Source of the DNA: a virus
Virus record (IMG/VR): IMGVR_UViG_3300009182_000039
Span: 1-64,000 of that record
Direction: 5' to 3' (one strand)
DNA length: 64,000 nt
Below the pieces are notes generated by a model. It worked only from the letters and a program-made list of their open reading frames with translations, was not told the origin of the DNA and did no database searches. The translations under genes were made by a program, and so were the position numbers. Below are positions 1 to 7,248 of the stretch, piece by piece; the stretch's first letter is position 1; each line of letters opens with the position of its first letter.

Positions 1-1
1 A

Positions 2-316
2 CGACGAATTAGTGTAGAGTCCGCAAGAGTATCGTGGTGGCATAATGTTAGGCCAACAGGCGGACTACGATTAACTTCTACTGGCTGGCTTGCTCTAGCT
101 GGAGATCTTGATTTAGAATTTTACGAATATAAAATAAAAGATCCTGTAGCATTTAATCAACATATGATATTGGCATTGGATCGAAAATTACAAATGCCTT
201 ATTATATTGTAGCCACAAAAGGCGTGCCAAAAGCTGTGGTATTTTTTGATAGTAAAGAAGCGGTGTTAGCCAATTTATATGGTGATTTAGAAAAGTTTCT
301 TGACAATTATAATTAA
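2..316 (+). CDS. Hypothetical phage protein, 5'-truncated by window edge
   Basis: Open frame from base 2 (RRISVESARVSWWHNVRPTGGLRLT...) to TAA 314-316; absent from ORF track (no start in window). Confidence 0.75.
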   Translation, partial: RRISVESARVSWWHNVRPTGGLRLTSTGWLALAGDLDLEFYEYKIKDPVAFNQHMILALDRKLQMPYYIVATKGVPKAVVFFDSKEAVLANLYGDLEKFLDNYN

Positions 317-328
317 AGGTGTTATATT
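300..328 (+). promoter_or_regulatory. Sigma70-type promoter for tRNA-CAT
   Basis: TTGACA-N17-TATATT, 9 nt before the tRNA. Confidence 0.65.
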
Positions 329-337
329 AACAATATA

Positions 338-412
338 GGGCCAATAGCTTAATGGTAAAGCAATCGACTCATAATCGATTGAGTCTAGGTTCAATTCCTA
401 GTTGGCCCACCA
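338..412 (+). tRNA. tRNA anticodon CAT, probably Ile2 (lysidine type) rather than Met
   Basis: Cloverleaf GGGCCAA/TTGGCCC-ACCA; anticodon arm ATCGA-CTCATAA-TCGAT resembles tRNA-Ile2 GACTCATAATCG. Confidence 0.9.
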
Positions 413-427
413 GAACTAAATAACTTT

Positions 428-595
428 ATGGAACAGAACAAAAAACCCGTTGATAAGTTTTTTTACTCTGAAAAAGAGTGGGATCGTTTAGGATGTGGTC
501 CGTTGCCCGACGAGCGTGATCGTAATAAGTTTCAAGAAGTACACGCAAAAGGTAATCCAAAGATTGACGGCAAGGCTGTAAAAGGATATAACTAA
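428..595 (+). CDS. Small hypothetical protein (55 aa, MEQNKKPVDKFFYSEKEWDRLGCGP...)
   Basis: ATG 428 to TAA 595; TAAATA 5 nt upstream. Confidence 0.6.
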   Translation: MEQNKKPVDKFFYSEKEWDRLGCGPLPDERDRNKFQEVHAKGNPKIDGKAVKGYN

Positions 596-686
596 AATGG
601 CTATGGTAGGTTTATTAGTTTGCGTAGCAATTTTATTATATGCTCTAGTAGTATTAAAAGATTATTATAAAGATAATCAGTAAAGA

Positions 687-1025
687 ATTGTTGTAATTCC
701 TCCGTAAGGAAGGCGCTGTGGACGGGAGTTCGATTCTCCCCGGATCCACCAAAGCATACTCCGAACCAAGTTATTGGTAGCAAGGGTGTAGCCCGAGTAT
801 GCTTTAGTGGGTCCGACCGGTTTCGACATGGTGAGATAATGAAAGAGGCAACACGGTAGGCGATGACCGTTAATCAAGCAAATCTCGTAAATGCAAAAGC
901 ATCTACTGGCGAAGTAACTGTTTCAGCTAAGAACATCAAGTTCCGCACTTTAGCAGCTAAAGGCCAATCATTAGCAGTTTAATCACTGCTTAGGGCAGGA
1001 AATGCCTCGTAACAGAAACCACCAG
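687..1025 (+). ncRNA. ssrA: Circularly permuted (two-piece) tmRNA
   Basis: Acceptor piece ends GGGAG-TTCGATT-CTCCC-CGGATCC-ACCA (CCA 749-751) upstream of coding piece starting GGGTCCG (809); 7-bp acceptor stem with G3.U70; TAAAT-GCA resume at 893, tag frame to TAA 982, helix over stop codon. Outer ends approximate. Confidence 0.92.
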
Positions 1026-1050
1026 AACCCGCTTCGGCGGGTTTCTTTTT
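1026..1050 (+). terminator. Intrinsic terminator after tmRNA
   Basis: AACCCGC-TTCG-GCGGGTT followed by T-tract. Confidence 0.9.
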
Positions 1051-1145
1051 GTCATAATCAACCAAAATCTAGTAATTTTTTGCTGTCTAAGACAAAAACG
1101 CAATAAATATTAGTTCAGTATTACAAACATAAAGGAAATATTAGA

Positions 1146-1598
1146 ATGAAAAAAGTACTATTAGCAGTAGCATTATTAGCATCAACAACTTTTGCGTTTG
1201 CAACTGATGTTGGCGTTTTCGGTGGCCGCAACATGGGCTCTAAGCAAGACGCTGTAGGTGTTTCCGTTGGTCAGTCATTTGGCAAATTTGGCGTTCAAGG
1301 AACATTTGATCGCAGTACAATTGGTCCTATTGATGTAAATCGTTACACTACATCAGTAAGCTACGATGTCGTTAAATTAGGTCCTGTACAAACTAATGTT
1401 CGTGCTGGCGCTGCATTTATTGATACTCAAAAGCCAGGTGTAGGCAATGGCGGTGCCGGATTTGTTGGCGCTGGTGTAGCTTATCAAGTAGTGAAAAATG
1501 TAAATTTGGTTGCTGATTATGCTTACCAAAAAGGTAATAACATTACTAAGGCCTACGATGGTAACATCGTAACCGCAGGTGTTAAGTACTCGTTCTAA
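1146..1598 (+). CDS. Outer-membrane 8-stranded beta-barrel protein (OmpA-TM/Ail/Lom-like)
   Basis: Signal peptide, alternating beta pattern, C-terminal GVKYSF BAM motif; SD AAGGAA. Confidence 0.85.
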   Translation: MKKVLLAVALLASTTFAFATDVGVFGGRNMGSKQDAVGVSVGQSFGKFGVQGTFDRSTIGPIDVNRYTTSVSYDVVKLGPVQTNVRAGAAFIDTQKPGVGNGGAGFVGAGVAYQVVKNVNLVADYAYQKGNNITKAYDGNIVTAGVKYSF

Positions 1599-1614
1599 AT
1601 TTTACGAGTTTAAT

Positions 1615-1639
1615 AAAAAGGACCCTAGGGTCCTTTTTT
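1615..1639. terminator. Bidirectional intrinsic terminator
   Basis: Perfect palindrome AAAAAGGACCCTAGGGTCCTTTTT. Confidence 0.85.
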
Positions 1640-1694
1640 ATTGACCATTTAGTATCGCTATAATGATATGATTTAGTTCTTAAATAGTTGTATC

Positions 1695-1949
1695 ATGCGA
1701 GCACTTTGGGACAAGTATCCCGAGCTTCCTTATAGGGCTGTAGCACCATGGCCTATCATAGAAACCAACGGGAATCTAGATTGGGTTGCCGCAGTTGATA
1801 CGATGAAATCCTGGCTTGAATCCGCAGTTGGTAGGCACTATGTCCGGTGGACTTGGACTATGTGGACTTTGGATCAAACTGATTTATGCGGTGTGAGTTT
1901 TGCCCGTGACACTGATAGTACGCTGTTTTTACTAAAATGGAACCATTAG
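1695..1949 (+). CDS. Small phage protein, C-terminal FxLKW family
   Basis: 84 aa ending FARDTDSTLFLLKWNH. Confidence 0.7.
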   Translation: MRALWDKYPELPYRAVAPWPIIETNGNLDWVAAVDTMKSWLESAVGRHYVRWTWTMWTLDQTDLCGVSFARDTDSTLFLLKWNH

Positions 1950-1961
1950 TACAAACAAAGG

Positions 1962-1990
1962 TTGACAAACAAACATAAATACCTTACAAT
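1962..1990 (+). promoter_or_regulatory. Sigma70 promoter of leader peptide/tRNA region
   Basis: TTGACA-N17-TACAAT. Confidence 0.8.
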
Positions 1991-2000
1991 ATACAATACT

Positions 2001-2111
2001 ATGAAAAACATTATTCATTCTTCATTATTACAGCCAACACAAGGCGGGCTAGCCTATTGGGCAGTGGATTGCGGCATGATTAATGTACTAGAAGCAAAGG
2101 GTCTTAGTTAA
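2001..2111 (+). CDS. Putative attenuator leader peptide (36 aa, MKNIIHSSLLQPTQGGLAYWAVDCGMINVLEAKGLS)
   Basis: ATG 10 nt after the -10 box; stop codon lies within 5' arm of an antiterminator stem. Confidence 0.65.
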   Translation: MKNIIHSSLLQPTQGGLAYWAVDCGMINVLEAKGLS

Positions 2112-2169
2112 TATTGTATTAATATATTTTTAACCAAGACCCTGGAACTAAACACTCCAGGGTTTTTTT
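2098..2169 (+). promoter_or_regulatory. Mutually exclusive antiterminator/terminator (attenuator)
   Basis: 2098-2111 pairs with 2130-2143 (13/14 bp); terminator ACCCTGGA(2139-2146)/TCCAGGGT(2156-2163)+T-tract shares 2139-2143. Confidence 0.75.
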
Positions 2170-2189
2170 ATTTTGAAAAGGAAAGAAAG

Positions 2190-2348
2190 ATGATAGATTA
2201 TACCAAATTGAATGATCGTATTATCGAGCAGGCTTATTCGAACATTTTGACGCCAGAAGAAAAACGCAGGCTGATCGAAGAAAAATTTAATCGTGCTGCT
2301 CAATATTATAAATCGGTACAAGCACCAATCTACCCAATTAAGGACTAG
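2190..2348 (+). CDS. Small hypothetical protein (52 aa, MIDYTKLNDRIIEQAY...)
   Basis: SD AAGGAAAG, ATG 2190, TAG 2348. Confidence 0.6.
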   Translation: MIDYTKLNDRIIEQAYSNILTPEEKRRLIEEKFNRAAQYYKSVQAPIYPIKD

Positions 2349-2374
2349 ACAAAGTAGTTGAATTGTAGTATAAT
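2346..2374 (+). promoter_or_regulatory. Sigma70-type promoter
   Basis: TAGACA-N17-TATAAT. Confidence 0.6.
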
Positions 2375-2380
2375 GTGTTA

Positions 2381-2542
2381 TGGGAAACGAGATCCTGGTC
2401 TGCACGTAAAACATGGACCGAATGGGCGGGCACTAAGATGAAACTCCTTGTGTGGAGCGAAAAATCAGTGTATAGTAAAGCGCATTGGACGATCCGAGTT
2501 ATCGGAAGCAAACATCATAAGTGGCTAGTGCGCTTTACTATA
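2381..2542 (+). ncRNA. Candidate structured RNA(s) preceding tRNA-Cys
   Basis: GC-enriched non-coding segment, then 18-bp stem 2471-2488/2525-2542 enclosing TCCGA-GTTA-TCGGA hairpin. Confidence 0.45.
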
Positions 2543-2551
2543 TATAATAAT

Positions 2552-2629
2552 GGGACGGTGGCGGAGTGGCCCAACGCAAGGGACTGCAAATCCCTAAAAC
2601 CGTGAGTTCAAATCTCACCCGTCCCTCCA
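2552..2629 (+). tRNA. tRNA-Cys(GCA)
   Basis: AGGGA-CTGCAAA-TCCCT anticodon arm; GGGACGG/CCGTCCC-TCCA. Confidence 0.92.
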
Positions 2630-2647
2630 TATTTAATAAATATATCT

Positions 2648-3253
2648 ATGCGTTATACTGATAATATCCCTTTACATTGTTTTCCCGTTGATACTAAAAT
2701 TGATATACCTAAGTTGTATGAAAGTGTAGTAATTTTATTACAAAGATTAGGATTAAGTCTTATCGTAGTCGATAGTATACTCAAAAAACAAAAAGCATTC
2801 GCAATAAATTTAACACATTTGCCGCACTTAACAGGCGATGCAAGGTGGAAGGCTCATACAGGCACACATGATTTGGTTAAAAAAGAAGGTGTAAACGAAG
2901 GTGACTTTGTTACAGTACTAGCCGAGTTAGAGGGATTATATTTAGCTCAAGTGTTTAATGATATACTTAGAATTCATGGCAAACCATTTCAAGGTAGAAC
3001 TCAACTGTCGTGGCGAGGCGCCGGATCATTATATCAATTCCATACTGATCCACATACAGCTAATAGATACCATATACCCATTGTAACCAACAACAAATGT
3101 TATTGGGTATTTAAAAATAAAGAAGAATTCATCAAAGTAACTATGCCAGCTGACGGAAGGGCGTGGTATGTAGACCCAACTAAATTAAAACATACTTTTA
3201 TTAACGATTCAAATGAAGCTAGATTGCATTTATTAATGACTAGCGAAATATAG
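2648..3253 (+). CDS. Fe(II)/2OG-type oxygenase (Asp/Asn beta-hydroxylase-like)
   Basis: HTD...YHIPI...KHT..N...RLHL motif pattern. Confidence 0.7.
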   Translation: MRYTDNIPLHCFPVDTKIDIPKLYESVVILLQRLGLSLIVVDSILKKQKAFAINLTHLPHLTGDARWKAHTGTHDLVKKEGVNEGDFVTVLAELEGLYLAQVFNDILRIHGKPFQGRTQLSWRGAGSLYQFHTDPHTANRYHIPIVTNNKCYWVFKNKEEFIKVTMPADGRAWYVDPTKLKHTFINDSNEARLHLLMTSEI

Positions 3254-3265
3254 TAATATATCTAT

Positions 3266-3335
3266 CGCGGGATAGAGATATAATATCTCGAGGGTCTCGC
3301 CTTATTTCTTGGTGTAATCAAAGATCCCGCAACCA
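3266..3335 (+). pseudogene. Degenerate initiator tRNA-fMet-like remnant
   Basis: CGCGGGA.../TCCCGCA-ACCA with C1.A72 mismatch; anticodon and T arms not formable. Confidence 0.6.
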
Positions 3336-3340
3336 AACAC

Positions 3341-3417
3341 GGTTTGGTAGTTCAATTGGTTAGAGCACCGCCCTGTCACGGCGGAAGTTGCGAGTTCGAG
3401 TCTCGTCCAGACCGCCA
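3341..3417 (+). tRNA. tRNA-Asp(GTC)
   Basis: CCGCC-CTGTCAC-GGCGG; ends GCCA. Confidence 0.95.
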
Positions 3418-3422
3418 AGAAT

Positions 3423-3577
3423 GTCGCCCGACCTAGGGGTTGAAACTAGGGGTTGCTGACTCGCCATAGCAGTCAGGGTTAGGTAGGTTAGACAAAAATC
3501 TCCACGCAGGTTGTAGCGGATACAACTAACAGTGATAACTCAAGCCCGGGGCTCTACGACAATGAGTAGCCGGGCAC
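3423..3577 (+). ncRNA. Candidate multi-hairpin ncRNA between tRNA-Asp and tRNA-Glu
   Basis: Stems CCTAG/CTAGG, CTGACT/AGTCAG, GGTTGTA/TACAACT, GCCCGG/CCGGGC; GC-rich, no credible ORF. Confidence 0.5.
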
Positions 3578-3580
3578 TTC

Positions 3581-3656
3581 GCTCCCATCGTCTAGAGGCC
3601 TAGGACACCGCCCTTTCACGGCGGGTACGCCGGTTCGAATCCGGCTGGGAGCGCCA
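3581..3656 (+). tRNA. tRNA-Glu(TTC)
   Basis: CCGCC-CTTTCAC-GGCGG; GCTCCCA/TGGGAGC-GCCA. Confidence 0.95.
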
Positions 3657-3674
3657 AACATTAAATAATAATAC

Positions 3675-3749
3675 GAGTCCCTGATGTCAACGGTAGCATG
3701 TCGGTCTCCAAAACCGATCGTCGGAGTTCGAATCTCTGGGGATTCGCCA
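3675..3749 (+). tRNA. tRNA-Trp(CCA)
   Basis: TCGGT-CTCCAAA-ACCGA; ends GCCA. Confidence 0.92.
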
Positions 3750-3769
3750 AATAAATTTGAAAGATATTA

Positions 3770-4243
3770 ATGAAATTTAACATACCTCAAATCAAAGAAT
3801 TTGTTGACCGACAGGGTCCTGATACTAGGATTTATATTGGTGTAGACTCTGAGCGAATTAAAAGAGATAAAGTTTGGTATGCTGATTATACTGCGGCCAT
3901 TGTAGTACACATCGATGGCAAGCACGGATGTAAGTTATTTGGCGAAGTAACTCGCGAACGAGATTATGATAGAGTAGACAAGCCTAATACTAGACTAATG
4001 ATGGAAGTGTTTAAGGTTAGTGAGCTATACTTAAAACTTGCTGAAGTCTTAGAAAATAGAGCAGTAGAAGTACACTTAGATATTAATCCAGACGAAAATC
4101 ACACAAGTTCTAATGTGGTGGCGCAGGCAATAGGATATATACGAGGCACTTGTAATGTTGAACCACTTGTTAAACCTCGCGCATTCGCAGCAACTTATGC
4201 GGCAGATAGGATGAAAGGGTTACGAGTAGCAAACGAATTTTAA
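3770..4243 (+). CDS. RNase H-like YkuK/DUF458 family protein
   Basis: IYIGVDS, RLMMEV, EVHLDIN, A.YAAD motifs. Confidence 0.8.
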   Translation: MKFNIPQIKEFVDRQGPDTRIYIGVDSERIKRDKVWYADYTAAIVVHIDGKHGCKLFGEVTRERDYDRVDKPNTRLMMEVFKVSELYLKLAEVLENRAVEVHLDINPDENHTSSNVVAQAIGYIRGTCNVEPLVKPRAFAATYAADRMKGLRVANEF

Positions 4244-4244
4244 T

Positions 4245-4329
4245 GGGAATGTGGAGAAACAGGTATACTCACAAGACTTAAAATCTTGCGCCGTAAGGCA
4301 TGGCGGTTCGATCCCGCCCATTCCTACCA
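4245..4329 (+). tRNA. tRNA-Leu(TAA)
   Basis: CAAGA-CTTAAAA-TCTTG, long variable arm, ACCA. Confidence 0.93.
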
Positions 4330-4346
4330 GGAGTCAAAGTTTTAAT

Positions 4347-4373
4347 GCGAGGTTAGTTTAATGGTATTGAGAG
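4347..4373 (+). pseudogene. 5' fragment of a tRNA-Gly-like gene
   Basis: GCGAGGTTAGTTTAATGGTA acceptor/D-arm start, then TTGAGAG as in the tRNA-Gly(GCC) T-stem. Confidence 0.45.
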
Positions 4374-4381
4374 CATAGCGA

Positions 4382-4453
4382 GCGGGTGTAACTCAGTGGT
4401 AGAGTGTCAGCCTTCCAAGCTGTTCGTCGCAGGTTCAATCCCTGTCACCCGCT
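4382..4453 (+). tRNA. tRNA-Gly(TCC), no encoded CCA
   Basis: TCAGC-CTTCCAA-GCTGT; GCGGGTG/CACCCGC-T. Confidence 0.9.
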
Positions 4454-5171
4454 CGGTATGTTTTTGATTCCAGATATGAATTTTTTCTAATAATTGTTCA
4501 ATAGTTAGGTCGCATTTGCTGTGTTTAATTTTATTTTTTGAATGTAACATTATTCGGCAATTAGCAGGATGAGAAATAATTTTTGGATCAATATTATTAG
4601 CAAATCCGTAACTAACAGATATAATATGATCTCGACTAACTCCTAAAACATTTTTAGGGTGTCCTTTTCTTTTTAATCCTGGGCAAGTATACCATCCATG
4701 TTGTTCTATTAGTGACAGGTCAAATTCTCCTGGATAGTGATATACATTAAATCTAAATCTAGCAGAAGCATAATATTGCTCTTTAATAGTTTTGATATAT
4801 GGTGAAGATTTACGAATAGTGCCGTCTGGATTTTTATTAGAATAATATCGATTAGTATGTTTGCATAATATAAATTTTATTTTAGAATACGGAAATTTTT
4901 CTGTAGCAGTGGGTCCTCTTTTTCGAGAAATACTATTTGTAATTTTAGACGCACAACTATTTGAGCAATATTTATTTTTTCTTTTATTAAACTTGAGGGG
5001 TGTTTGACAACATTTACATTTAACAGGATTGAGGCTATATTTGATTTTAGATTTTTCTAAATTGGTTTTATTTCTAAAAGTAGTTCCGCATGATAAGGAA
5101 CAGAATTTTCCATATGATCCTGGAGTTATATTAAATAGGTTAGAACAATGTTGACAAATAGCAGTTTTCAT
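4407..5171 (-). mobile_element. Free-standing HNH-type homing endonuclease with Cys-rich repeats
   Basis: CxxC...FCS.SC repeats, C-terminal SRDHIIS...HPANC...N..K HNH motif; antisense in tRNA array; likely start ATG 5171. Confidence 0.8.
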
Positions 5172-5197
5172 ACTATTATTTAGCATAGTTTAAGGAA

Positions 5198-5225
5198 AAG
5201 AGTTCGATTCTCTCACTCCGCTCCA
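5198..5225 (+). pseudogene. 3' fragment (T-arm + acceptor + CCA) of tRNA-Gly-like gene
   Basis: AGAG-TTCGATT-CTCT-CACTCCGC-TCCA. Confidence 0.6.
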
Positions 5226-5244
5226 TTATTTAAAGGTCACTATT

Positions 5245-5835
5245 ATGTTTGAAGATTTTAATTTTTTACCAGGAGACAAAATACTATTTGCTGGCAAATT
5301 GCCTGATGAAATTTTTTCGGAAATAGCTCAATTTGTTGAGCATTGTAGGAAAATTAAAGACCATCCATTGGGTCACTTGTATAATCATGTAAATAAAGGT
5401 AAAAATTCATATCAGATATCAGTTCCAAGACATCTATTAGAGCAATCATTTTTATTTCCATATATGATTAAGTTAGGTGAATATTATTTAAAAGAATATA
5501 ATATTAATAATACTTATGTAAAACCGGTAAGATTAAGATCAAACCATAATCATTACGACGGATACGATTGTTGGATTAATTTTACGACTAAAGGCGATAG
5601 TAATCCGCAACATTATCATAGTGGAGCATTGTCAGGCGTAATTTATTATTCTAATATTGATAAATGTCCAACTATTTTTGAAAACGGTGTAAGCTATGCT
5701 GGTAAAGAACAAGAAATTATAATTTTCCCTGCTAAGTTAGAGCATTCTGTAGCTACACATATTAGTGATAATGAACGTATTACATTAAGTTTTAATTTAG
5801 AATTATTAGAGAGTAAAAATGCGGGTATGGTGTAA
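5245..5835 (+). CDS. Putative Fe(II)/2OG oxygenase
   Basis: HYH..LSGVIY...FPAKLEHSV...RITLSFN; last codons overlap tRNA-Gly(GCC). Confidence 0.8.
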   Translation: MFEDFNFLPGDKILFAGKLPDEIFSEIAQFVEHCRKIKDHPLGHLYNHVNKGKNSYQISVPRHLLEQSFLFPYMIKLGEYYLKEYNINNTYVKPVRLRSNHNHYDGYDCWINFTTKGDSNPQHYHSGALSGVIYYSNIDKCPTIFENGVSYAGKEQEIIIFPAKLEHSVATHISDNERITLSFNLELLESKNAGMV

Positions 5836-5894
5836 TGGTAACCCGAGACCTTGCCAAGGTTTAGTTGAGAGTTCGATTCTCTCTACCCGCTCCA
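5821..5894 (+). tRNA. tRNA-Gly(GCC)
   Basis: AGACC-TTGCCAA-GGTTT; GCGGGTA/TACCCGC-TCCA. Confidence 0.93.
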
Positions 5895-5900
5895 ATCAAT

Positions 5901-5976
5901 GGTAACTGTAGTTCAATGGTAGAATCCAGGATTGTGATTCCTGTCGTTGTGGGTTCGAGTCCCATCAGTTACCCCA
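5901..5976 (+). tRNA. tRNA-His(GTG)
   Basis: CAGGA-TTGTGAT-TCCTG; G-1:C73 pair, CCA. Confidence 0.93.
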
Positions 5977-6052
5977 AACTATGTAATTTTGGTAAGATTG
6001 TTGTCAACTTAATGTAAACTTCAAGCGTTAATATAGTATGCTAGGAGGCATT

Positions 6053-6208
6053 ATGTTAACAACTACAAAACCCAATTACAAAGATCCTAAAGTAGGATAC
6101 TCTACGCAAGATTCATATTTGCGAATGAAATGTCCTAACTGTGATAAACGTCGTAGCGGGCCTTGTAGTCATCCCAGCATACTTAACCTTAAAGGAAATT
6201 CAAAATGA
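6053..6208 (+). CDS. Small CxxC-containing protein (51 aa)
   Basis: SD AGGAGG; ...KCPNCDKRRSGPCSH...; stop overlaps next ATG. Confidence 0.55.
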   Translation: MLTTTKPNYKDPKVGYSTQDSYLRMKCPNCDKRRSGPCSHPSILNLKGNSK

Positions 6209-6378
6209 AACAATTAATCGCAATCGTAGCAAGTGTATTCGCATTATCAGCAGTTGCTGCAGACGCACCTAAAGCGCCAGCCGCACCAGCTAAGGTAGAG
6301 AAAAAGGACGCACAGCCTTCCAAAAGCGCCGCGCCTGCTGTCAAAGAAACAAAAACAGCGACTCCAGCTTCTAAGTAA
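6205..6378 (+). CDS. Small secreted Ala/Pro/Lys-rich protein (57 aa)
   Basis: MKQLIAIVASVFALSAVA signal peptide then ADAPKAPAAPAKVEKK...; SD AAGGAA. Confidence 0.7.
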   Translation: MKQLIAIVASVFALSAVAADAPKAPAAPAKVEKKDAQPSKSAAPAVKETKTATPASK

Positions 6379-6627
6379 TTTTAAATTTGAAGATTCAGAC
6401 GATGACTACTACGAGGATACTCCGGATATCCATGTAGGACGTTGTCGTCCTGAACTTATTAAAGTTGATGTTATTGATAACGACATTGACTTAACTGATG
6501 ATATTAAAATTAGATTAGCTGTAGCCAGATTAAAGGCGCTGAAGAAATATGAAAAGGTTTGGGGATAATACTCTAAACCTTTTTCATTTGTAGTACAATT
6601 TTTTATTAATTTAGAAAGGAGCACGAT

Positions 6628-7233
6628 ATGCCAGCAGTATTTTTAGTTAGTGATACGCACTTTGGTCACGCAGGTGTATGTCGCTTCACTCGCAATGATG
6701 GCGTGACAAAACTTCGCCCGTGGGACAATGCCGAGGAAATGGATGAAGCCATGATCAAGGCATGGAACGAGCGAGTACGGCCAAACGATAAAGTTTACCA
6801 CTTAGGCGATGTTGTTATTAATCGTAAGGCCTTGCCTATATTAAATAGGCTCAACGGTGATAAAGTTCTGATCCGTGGTAACCATGATATTTTTAAGGAC
6901 GAAGACTATACTCCTTACTTCCGTAGTCTTCGTGGATACCATGTTATGAACGGAATGATTCTTAGTCATATTCCTCTTCATACGGAAAGCCTTGGACGCT
7001 TTGGTGTTAACATTCACGGACACCTTCACGCTAATCGCGTAAAGAAAATTCGTAGCGTTAATGTTAAGACCGGTGAACTTCTTTACAGTAATGAGAACGA
7101 TGTCCGCTACCATTGCGTATGCGTAGAACAGACCCCGGACTTCGCTCCTATCCTTTTTGAAGATGTTATCAAACGCATTGAAGCCGAAGGTGGTGTAGTT
7201 GGATTTCAAAATGGAAACGGTCCAACGATGTAG
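6628..7233 (+). CDS. Calcineurin-like metallophosphoesterase
   Basis: SDTHFGH, LGD, GNHD, SH, HGHLH motifs. Confidence 0.92.
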   Translation: MPAVFLVSDTHFGHAGVCRFTRNDGVTKLRPWDNAEEMDEAMIKAWNERVRPNDKVYHLGDVVINRKALPILNRLNGDKVLIRGNHDIFKDEDYTPYFRSLRGYHVMNGMILSHIPLHTESLGRFGVNIHGHLHANRVKKIRSVNVKTGELLYSNENDVRYHCVCVEQTPDFAPILFEDVIKRIEAEGGVVGFQNGNGPTM

Positions 7234-7248
7234 TGGGCTAAATATTAT

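Noticed and set aside
601-877. Track ORFs 601-783 and 677-877 (minus)
   Set aside because: Antisense shadows of the tmRNA
2148-2605. Track ORFs 2148-2414 (minus) and 2375-2605 (plus)
   Set aside because: Overlap terminator, structured RNA and tRNA-Cys; no SD
6300-6306. -1 frameshift at G-AAA-AAG linking the secreted peptide to the downstream frame
   Set aside because: The downstream open frame is +1; the -1 frame stops near 6374
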